Shown piece after piece: positions 56,961-64,000 of a DNA stretch of 64,000 nt (within the stretch, counting starts at the first letter, position 1; each line of letters starts with the position of its first letter). The notes under the pieces are model-generated. The model saw nothing but the letters and a program-made list of their open reading frames with translations. It searched no databases and was not told where the DNA came from. A program made the position numbers and the translations under genes. Origin of the DNA: Clostridia bacterium (GTDB taxonomy: Bacteria; Bacillota; Clostridia; Oscillospirales; CAG-272); NCBI GenBank assembly GCA_017505785.1, contig JAFVOQ010000061.1, positions 62 through 64,061 on the forward strand, in the 5' to 3' direction.

Positions 56961-58049
56961 TCAGTAGTTCTTTTTTGTGTCGCAGTAAACGCAGCGGCAG
57001 ATGCGGTTTTCGGGGCTGACAACACGGAATACCTGTCTTAGCTCCTGCTCCGTGGTGGTAATGCAACGTGGATTGTCACACTTAAAGTCGTAAAGATAGA
57101 CGTCACCCTGCTCCTTATCCTCGGTCTTGCCGCACTTGACATCATTCAGAAGCTTCAAAATCAAAGCCATGCGCATATATTTACCGTTTTGCACCTGCTT
57201 GAAATAGCAAGCGCGGGGATCGGCATCAACTGCCACGCTGATCTCATTCACACGAGGCAGCGGGTGCAGAATGATCATATCCTTTTTGGCGGTAGCGAGC
57301 TTCTCGGGGTTCAGAATATAAGCATCGCGCAGGCGCAGATACTCGTCAATATCAGTAAAACGCTCCTGCTGTACACGCGTCATATAAAGAATGTCAAGCG
57401 TGGGCATGACTGCCTCAAGATCTGTGGTTTCGGTATAGGTAAAGCCGCGCCCTTGGGGGATCTCATTTTTCACATACCCGGGAAGCTTAAGCTCATCGGG
57501 CGAGATCATCACAAAATTAATGTTTTCATAGCGGCAGAGTGCGGTAATGAGAGAATGCACGGTGCGCCCGAATTTGAGGTCACCGCAAAAGCCCACGGTA
57601 AGACCTGAAAAATGTCCCTTTTCACGCTTGATCGTCAAAAGATCGGCAAGCGTTTGTGTGGGGTGATGATGCCCACCGTCACCTGCATTGATGACGGGAA
57701 TGCTTGCATTTTTCGAGGCAACAAAGGGTGCGCCCTCCTTAGGGTGGCGCATTGCAATGATGTCAGCATAACAGCTGATGACCTTTGCGGTATCTGCAAC
57801 ACTCTCGCCCTTGCTGGCAGACGTACTGCTCGCAGAGGAAAAGCCGATTACGTTACCGCCAAGCTCGTACATCGCCGCTTCAAAGGAAAGACGGGTGCGT
57901 GTTGAGGGCTCAAAAAAGAGCGTTGCTAATTTTTTGCCACGGCATACCTCGGCATATTTAGCGGGGTTTTCAATGATATCCATAGCCGTATCAAGCAGCT
58001 CATCAACCTCCGAAACCGAAAGATCAAGAATATCTACTACACTTTTCAT
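56961..58049 (-). CDS. pyrB: aspartate carbamoyltransferase with fused PyrI-type Zn domain
   Basis: [34 protein letters not shown]; C-terminal CDNPRC...CVYC. Confidence 0.95.
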   Translation of the reverse strand: MKSVVDILDLSVSEVDELLDTAMDIIENPAKYAEVCRGKKLATLFFEPSTRTRLSFEAAMYELGGNVIGFSSASSTSASKGESVADTAKVISCYADIIAMRHPKEGAPFVASKNASIPVINAGDGGHHHPTQTLADLLTIKREKGHFSGLTVGFCGDLKFGRTVHSLITALCRYENINFVMISPDELKLPGYVKNEIPQGRGFTYTETTDLEAVMPTLDILYMTRVQQERFTDIDEYLRLRDAYILNPEKLATAKKDMIILHPLPRVNEISVAVDADPRACYFKQVQNGKYMRMALILKLLNDVKCGKTEDKEQGDVYLYDFKCDNPRCITTTEQELRQVFRVVSPENRICRCVYCDTKKNY

Positions 58050-58069
58050 CCCTTACACTCTCCTTGGCA

Positions 58070-58726
58070 TTATGCCTTTGCGCCATTGACGGCAAGATAG
58101 TTTTTGATACGCATGACGTTCTCCTCGTTTGAAGGATCCTCTTCGAGATATTCAATGATGTCATAAACATCAACAATGGAGTATACAGGGAAGCCGAACT
58201 GCTCCTCGATCTCCTGCATTGCGCCCTTTTCTCCCTGTCCCTTTTCCTTGCGGTCTACCATAATAAAGGTAGCGGCAACCTTTGTGCCTTCAAGGTGAGA
58301 AAGGATCTCCATGCTCTCACGGATCGCTGTGCCTGCGGTAATGACGTCCTCAATGATAACGATCTCCTCACCTGCCGTCGGAACATAGCCCACGAATACG
58401 CCGCCCTCGCCGTGATCCTTTACCTCCTTGCGGTTGAAAAAGAACGGAACGTTGAGGTCGTTTTTGGAAAGTGCAACTGCGGCAGATACGGCAAGTGAAA
58501 TGCCCTTGTAGGCAGGGCCGTAAAGCACTGCCTTTTTTGCACCCAGCTTTTCAAAGTAAGCGCGGGCGTAAAATTCACCGAGCCTTGCAATGTCGCTACC
58601 CGTTTTGATCATGCCGGCATTGATGAAATACGGAATTTTTCTGCCGCTTTTTGCCGTGAAATCACCAAACTTCAGCACGCCTGCACTCTGTAAAAAATCA
58701 ATAAATTCTCTCTTGTACGCTTCCAT
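58070..58726 (-). CDS. pyrE: orotate phosphoribosyltransferase
   Basis: LKFGDFT.KSGR, GPAYKGI, RKEVKDHGEGG, IIEDVITAG. Confidence 0.96.
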   Translation of the reverse strand: MEAYKREFIDFLQSAGVLKFGDFTAKSGRKIPYFINAGMIKTGSDIARLGEFYARAYFEKLGAKKAVLYGPAYKGISLAVSAAVALSKNDLNVPFFFNRKEVKDHGEGGVFVGYVPTAGEEIVIIEDVITAGTAIRESMEILSHLEGTKVAATFIMVDRKEKGQGEKGAMQEIEEQFGFPVYSIVDVYDIIEYLEEDPSNEENVMRIKNYLAVNGAKA

Positions 58727-58738
58727 ATCAAACGCTCC

Positions 58739-59437
58739 TTAATCTACAAATTCACGCACGCAGCGCTCGTAGGCTGCAACGGGATCAGCGGCAGCCGTGA
58801 TCGGTCTGCCAACCACAATGTAATCCGAGCCGATCCTTTTTGCCTCAGCAGGGGTCATCACACGCTTTTGGTCACCAATATCACCGTCGGCAAAGCGCAC
58901 GCCGGGGGTAATCGTCAAAAACTGCTTGCCGCAGAGCTCATGTACCTTACCTGCCTCAAGGGGCGAGCAAACAACACCGTCAAGTCCTGCCAGCTTTGCA
59001 TTGTGTGCATAGTGCATCACGACCTTGTCGATCGGCTCTTTGATGAGGAGATCGTTTTCCATGCTCTCCTGATCGGTAGAGGTAAGCTGCGTTACGGCAA
59101 TGAGAATGGGGCGTGTACCGTCAGGGCGCGTAAGACCCTCAAGTGCCCCCTGCATCATGCGGATCGTACCGCTTGCATGCAGGTTTGTCATATCCACATC
59201 AAGGCGAGAAAGCACCGCCATAGACTTTTTCACAGTGTTAGGAATATCGTGAAGCTTGAGGTCAAGAAAGATCTTATGTCCTCTTTTTTTGATCTCACGC
59301 ACAATAGAAGGCCCTTCGGCATAAAAGAGCTCCATGCCGATTTTTACAAAGGGCTTTTTGCCCGTAAATTGATCAAGAAATGCAAATGTTTTTTCTGCGC
59401 TGTCAAAATCACACGCAATGATTACGTCTTTTCCCAT
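58739..59437 (-). CDS. pyrF: orotidine-5'-phosphate decarboxylase
   Basis: FLDLKLHDIPNTV, AVTQLTS, TPGVR, VVGRPIT. Confidence 0.97.
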   Translation of the reverse strand: MGKDVIIACDFDSAEKTFAFLDQFTGKKPFVKIGMELFYAEGPSIVREIKKRGHKIFLDLKLHDIPNTVKKSMAVLSRLDVDMTNLHASGTIRMMQGALEGLTRPDGTRPILIAVTQLTSTDQESMENDLLIKEPIDKVVMHYAHNAKLAGLDGVVCSPLEAGKVHELCGKQFLTITPGVRFADGDIGDQKRVMTPAEAKRIGSDYIVVGRPITAAADPVAAYERCVREFVD

Positions 59438-60354
59438 TATTTTACACCTCCAATGATCTCGTTAAGTGAATTTATTTTGTATTTTTCCATTACCGCGGGC
59501 AGATCTGTTACAATCTTTTGCGAGGCAAAGGGATCGATCAGGTTTGCGGCACCCACCTCAACAGCGGTAGCCCCCGCAAGCATCATTTCGATCACATCCT
59601 CCGCAGTGCTAACGCCACCCATGCCCACTACGGGGATCTTCACGGCGCGCGCCACCTGATACACCATACGCAGTGCCACAGGAAAAATCGCCGCACCCGA
59701 AAAGCCACCCATGGTATTGGCTATCACGGGCCTTCTGGTGCGCAGATCAATGCGCATACCGAGCATGGTATTGATAAGGCTGATACCGTCAGCACCTGCC
59801 GCCTCACAAGCCTTGGCGATAGAAACGATATCGGTCACATTGGGCGAAAGCTTGATGATAACGGGCTTTGTCGTAACCTTTTTCACCGCTGCCGTAACCT
59901 CTGCCGCAGCCTCGGGGCTTGTGCCAAAGCTCATGCCGCCGCCGTGAACGTTCGGGCAGCTCACGTTTACCTCAAGCCACCCGACCTGCTTTTCCTTATC
60001 AAGTCGCTCGCAGGTATAAGCATAATCCTCTACCGAAAAGCCGCTGACGTTTGCCATAACAGGCTTTCGGAAGCACTGTGCAAGCCTTGGAAGCTCCTCG
60101 GAGATCACCTTATCAACACCGGGATTTTGAAGCCCCACGGCATTGATCATACCGGCAGTACACTCCGCAATACGCGGCGTAGGATTGCCAAAGCGCGGAT
60201 CCTTTGTTGTTCCCTTAAAAGAAAACGTGCCAAGACAGTTGATATCATAAAGCTCGGCAAATTCATAGCCGTAGCCAAACGTGCCAGAGGCGGGTATCAC
60301 AGGGTTATCAAGCTCGATACCGCAAAGCGTTACCTTGGTATTCACTTCTCCCAT
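59437..60354 (-). CDS. pyrD: dihydroorotate dehydrogenase B, catalytic subunit
   Basis: PASGTFGYG, NAVGLQNPG, VNVSCPNV, KLSPNV, LINT, GMGG. Confidence 0.96.
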   Translation of the reverse strand: MGEVNTKVTLCGIELDNPVIPASGTFGYGYEFAELYDINCLGTFSFKGTTKDPRFGNPTPRIAECTAGMINAVGLQNPGVDKVISEELPRLAQCFRKPVMANVSGFSVEDYAYTCERLDKEKQVGWLEVNVSCPNVHGGGMSFGTSPEAAAEVTAAVKKVTTKPVIIKLSPNVTDIVSIAKACEAAGADGISLINTMLGMRIDLRTRRPVIANTMGGFSGAAIFPVALRMVYQVARAVKIPVVGMGGVSTAEDVIEMMLAGATAVEVGAANLIDPFASQKIVTDLPAVMEKYKINSLNEIIGGVK

Positions 60355-61079
60355 ATAATATCCTCCTTTGTTAGGACAGGCCCTTCCTTACAAATGCGCT
60401 TATTGCCAGTCACGGTTTTGCAGGAGCAGCCCATGCAAGCGCCAAAGCCACAGCCCATACGTTCTTCAAAGCTAAACTGTCCGCTTGTCTTCGCGGCACG
60501 GTAAATTGCCTTTAGCATGGGCTCGGGGCCGCAGGTGTAGAAATAGGAATAGTCTTTTTCTGCCATAGCATCGGTGACAAACCCCTTTACACCATAGCTG
60601 CCGTCAACCGTGGTTACCGTGACATCTGCACCGAGTGCACGAAATTCATCCTCATAAAAGATTTCATTTTTGGTATTAAAGCCAAGTATGACCGAAACCC
60701 TTTTGCCTGCCGCCAAAAGATCCTTTGCCAGGCGGTAAAGGGGCGGCACGCCAACACCGCCGCCAAGCAGCATTGGGCTATCGCCCGCCTTAGTGAGGTC
60801 ATAACCGTTGCCAAGACCCGTTAAAACATCAAGCTTTTCGCCCTTTTTCATATGGCGCATTTGCTCAGTGCCCTTGCCTACGACCTTATATAAAATAACG
60901 ATTTTTTGAGCATCCCAATCACAAACAGAAATTGGGCGGCGCAAAAAGAGCCCGTCTAATTTGATATTCACAAATTGACCCGGCGCGGTGATCGCAGAGG
61001 TATCACCGCCAAGCTCCATGCGCATGACCCCCTCTGTTAAGGGGGTGTTGCTTAAAATTTCAAAAACTCCTTGCTTCAT
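60342..61079 (-). CDS. pyrK: dihydroorotate dehydrogenase electron-transfer subunit
   Basis: RRPISV, GGGVGVPP, CGPEPM, EERMGCGFGACMGC...C 2Fe-2S motif. Confidence 0.96.
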   Translation of the reverse strand: MKQGVFEILSNTPLTEGVMRMELGGDTSAITAPGQFVNIKLDGLFLRRPISVCDWDAQKIVILYKVVGKGTEQMRHMKKGEKLDVLTGLGNGYDLTKAGDSPMLLGGGVGVPPLYRLAKDLLAAGKRVSVILGFNTKNEIFYEDEFRALGADVTVTTVDGSYGVKGFVTDAMAEKDYSYFYTCGPEPMLKAIYRAAKTSGQFSFEERMGCGFGACMGCSCKTVTGNKRICKEGPVLTKEDIIWEK

Positions 61080-61088
61080 AGTGCCCTC

Positions 61089-64000
61089 TCACGCATCAAT
61101 GGTAGAAATGCAAAGCGTGGTTTCCTCCAATACGTCAAGCAGAACCCTTACGGTATCGAGCGAGGTAAAGATCGATACGTTGTTTTCGGTCGCACACTTG
61201 CGGATCTCCACGCCGTCGGTCTGCTCATGCTGAGATTCAAGCGAGCTTGTATTGATCACGTATGCGATATAGCCCTGTCTGATCTCCTCTTTGATCTCAT
61301 CGCTTTGATCGCTGATCTTGCGTACCACGTGTGTGCGGATCCCATTTTCCTTGAGGAATTTGGCAGTACCTGCGGTTGCCTCAATGTTAAAGCCGAGGTT
61401 ATAGAAGCGGCGAATGAGGGGGAGTGCCTCCTCCTTGTCACAATCGGCAATGGTGGCAAGCACCGAGCCGTAATTTTGAAGCTTCATACCGGATGCCTGC
61501 AGTGCCTTGTAGAGCGCGCGGTTAAGCTTGTTATCGTAGCCGATCGCCTCACCCGTGGATTTCATTTCGGGCGAGAGATATGCATCAAGACCGCGAATTT
61601 TATTGAAGGAGAATACCGGAACCTTTACGTACCAGCGCTCCTTCTCCGTGGGATACAGATCAAAGATACCCTGCTCCTTCAGGCTCTGTCCAAGGATACA
61701 GTTGGTGGCAATGTCCGCAAGGCTATATCCCGTTGCCTTGGAAAGGAACGGTACGGTACGGGAGGAACGGGGATTGACCTCAATGATATACACCTTTTCG
61801 TTTTGGTCAACGATAAACTGAATGTTGTAAAGACCGACAATACCGATTCCAAGGCCGAGCTTCTTTGCGTACTGCAAAATAGTGCCCTTTACCTTATCGG
61901 AAACGCTAAAGGTAGGATAGACACTGATCGAGTCACCCGAGTGGATACCCGTGCGCTCTACAAGCTCCATGATACCGGGCACAAATACATCGCGCCCGTC
62001 ACAAATGGCGTCTACCTCAACCTCCTTGCCGATGATATATTTATCAACCAGCACCGGCTTGTCCTCGTCGACCTCAACGGCGGTCTTCAGATAGTGGCGC
62101 AGCTGTTTTTCGTTGGATACGATCTGCATAGCGCGCCCACCGAGCACGAAGCTCGGGCGCACAAGAACGGGATAACCGATTCTTTCTGCAGCCTTTACGC
62201 CGTCCTCGATTTTGGTAACGGCACAGCCCTGCGGCTGGGGTATATCAAGCTCCTTCAAAAGCTTTTCAAAGGAGCCGCGATCCTCCGCCTTCTCGATCGC
62301 CGCGCAGTCCGTGCCGATGATACGCACGTTTCTGTCGGTAAGCGGCTGCGCAAGATTAATGGCCGTTTGTCCGCCAAGCGATGCCACAACACCCTCGGGA
62401 TTTTCAAAATCGATGATGTTCATAACATCCTCGGGCGTGAGAGGCTCGAAATACAGCTTGTCGCTGGTGGTGTAATCGGTAGAAACGGTTTCGGGGTTGT
62501 TGTTGATGATGATCGCCTCATAGCCCGATTCCTTAATGGTTGTAACGGCGTGCACGGTGGAGTAGTCAAATTCCACGCCCTGCCCGATACGAATGGGGCC
62601 GGCACCAAGCACAACAACCTTCTTTTTATCGGTCAGAACGGATGCATTTTCACCCGTGTAGGAGGAATAGAAATACGGAATATAGGCATTTGTATGGAAG
62701 GTATCTGCCATTTTGAATACGGGAATGATACCGTTTTCCTTACGAAGCGCGCAAACATTGCTCTCCTTCACGCCCCAAAGCTTTGCAATGAACTTATCGG
62801 AAAAGCCCATTTTCTTTGCATCACGCAGCAAAGCTACATCGCCCGACGCCGCACGAAGCCTATTCTCCATATCAACGATCTTGCGGAAGGATTCAAGGAA
62901 GTAGGGGGTGATCTTGGTTACCTCGTAAAGCTCCTCAATGCTAACACCGATGCGAAGTGCCTGTGCCACAGCGAAAATGCCGTCTGCATGGAACTCAGCA
63001 AGGTAAGCCAGCAGCTCCGCCTTCTCCATGCTGTCAAATTTTGCACTGTGCAGGTGACAAACGCCGGTTTCAAGCGAGCGCACGGATTTCAGCACACACT
63101 CCTCAAGATTGGAGCCGATACCCATAACCTCACCCGTTGCCTTCATTTGCGTACCGAGAATATTGGATGCCTTGGTAAATTTATCAAACGGGAAGCGCGG
63201 GAATTTTGCTACTATATAATCAAGCACAGGCTCGCGCGCAGCGTTGGTATTGGCAAGCGGGATCTCCTCAAGTGACATACCGACTGCGATCTTTGCCGTT
63301 ACACGTGCAATCGGGTAGCCGCTTGCCTTAGAGGCAAGTGCCGAGGAGCGCGACACACGGGGGTTGACCTCAATGAGATAATATTCGCTGGTGGTGGGAT
63401 TGAGTGCAAACTGCACGTTACAGCCGCCCTCGATCTTCAACGCCTTAATGATCTTTAACGCACTGTCGTTGAGCATCTTAAGATCATGGTCGTTGAGGGT
63501 AAGAATGGGGGCAACAACCACCGAGTCACCCGTGTGCACACCGACAGGGTCGATATTCTCCATACCGCAAATGGTAATGGCATGATCCTTGCTGTCACGC
63601 ATGACCTCAAATTCGATCTCCTTATAGCCTCTCACGCTTTTTTCGATCAAAACCTGATGCACGGGAGAAAGCTTAAATGCATTTACACCGATTTCCACAA
63701 GCTCCTGCTCGTTGTTGGCAAAGCCGCCGCCCGTACCGCCGAGGGTGAAAGCAGGACGCAGCACTACGGGATATCCGATCTTCTTTGCCGCAACCTTTGC
63801 CTCATCAAGGCTATAGGTGATCTCAGAGGGGATCGTAGGCTCGCCGATGGATTGACAAAGCTCCTTAAACAGTTCTCTGTCCTCTGCACGCTCAATGCTC
63901 TCACTGCTCGTGCCAAGCAGCTCAACGCGGCATTCTTTCAGCACGCCCTTCTTTTCAAGCTGCATGGCAAGATTCAGTCCTGTCTGTCCGCCAATGCCGG
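61089..64000 (-). CDS. carB: carbamoyl-phosphate synthase large subunit (5' end outside window)
   Basis: GGQTGLN, GGTGGG, GVHTGDS, IEVNPRVSRSS, GPIRIGQGVEFDY, duplicated ATP-grasp domains, MGS-like C-terminus. Confidence 0.98.
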   Translation of the reverse strand, partial: GIGGQTGLNLAMQLEKKGVLKECRVELLGTSSESIERAEDRELFKELCQSIGEPTIPSEITYSLDEAKVAAKKIGYPVVLRPAFTLGGTGGGFANNEQELVEIGVNAFKLSPVHQVLIEKSVRGYKEIEFEVMRDSKDHAITICGMENIDPVGVHTGDSVVVAPILTLNDHDLKMLNDSALKIIKALKIEGGCNVQFALNPTTSEYYLIEVNPRVSRSSALASKASGYPIARVTAKIAVGMSLEEIPLANTNAAREPVLDYIVAKFPRFPFDKFTKASNILGTQMKATGEVMGIGSNLEECVLKSVRSLETGVCHLHSAKFDSMEKAELLAYLAEFHADGIFAVAQALRIGVSIEELYEVTKITPYFLESFRKIVDMENRLRAASGDVALLRDAKKMGFSDKFIAKLWGVKESNVCALRKENGIIPVFKMADTFHTNAYIPYFYSSYTGENASVLTDKKKVVVLGAGPIRIGQGVEFDYSTVHAVTTIKESGYEAIIINNNPETVSTDYTTSDKLYFEPLTPEDVMNIIDFENPEGVVASLGGQTAINLAQPLTDRNVRIIGTDCAAIEKAEDRGSFEKLLKELDIPQPQGCAVTKIEDGVKAAERIGYPVLVRPSFVLGGRAMQIVSNEKQLRHYLKTAVEVDEDKPVLVDKYIIGKEVEVDAICDGRDVFVPGIMELVERTGIHSGDSISVYPTFSVSDKVKGTILQYAKKLGLGIGIVGLYNIQFIVDQNEKVYIIEVNPRSSRTVPFLSKATGYSLADIATNCILGQSLKEQGIFDLYPTEKERWYVKVPVFSFNKIRGLDAYLSPEMKSTGEAIGYDNKLNRALYKALQASGMKLQNYGSVLATIADCDKEEALPLIRRFYNLGFNIEATAGTAKFLKENGIRTHVVRKISDQSDEIKEEIRQGYIAYVINTSSLESQHEQTDGVEIRKCATENNVSIFTSLDTVRVLLDVLEETTLCISTIDA

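Noticed and set aside
61071-63275. 734-aa + strand ORF opposite carB (also 59518-60504 and 58868-59659)
   Set aside because: Antisense shadow of codon-biased genes; no RBS or recognisable motifs; wholly overlaps certain CDSs.
1-64000. CRISPR arrays, rRNA/tRNA, riboswitches (T-box before thrC, purine before purA), inteins in dnaE, transposases, prophage
   Set aside because: Looked for by eye and not seen; leaders are too short or lack the conserved motifs.

Overview
A 64-kb stretch of core chromosome from a spore-forming Clostridia-class firmicute (Oscillospirales/Eubacteriales-like by gene style; this is an inference). It holds about 58 CDS and no rRNA, tRNA, CRISPR array, intact transposase or prophage. 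Housekeeping blocks: prfA, murB-whiA-dnaE, mnmA/trmL, secA, pcrA, tig-clpP-clpX, lepB-rbgA-rnhB-yraN-thrC, purA, comEC, radA, polA-malQ and a pyr operon (carB truncated at the right edge). Sporulation genes are scattered between them: pdaA, cwlD, spoIIID, a SpoIIM-like protein, DUF1540 and a Cys-rich coat-like protein, several with recognisable sporulation-sigma promoters. Best candidates for something undescribed: (1) a stand-alone 55-aa, 82% Asn/Gln microprotein gene with a consensus sigmaG-type promoter, RBS and terminator, possibly a clostridial analogue of gamma-SASP or a prion-like spore protein; (2) two tandem 399-aa MBL-fold paralogues separated by a ~186-bp multi-hairpin MITE-like element whose ends recur as terminators elsewhere; (3) PyrB fused to only the Zn domain of PyrI; (4) an AT-rich relic region with a decayed ORF and a 13-6-13 inverted repeat. 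All calls are from motif recognition by eye; no database searches were run.
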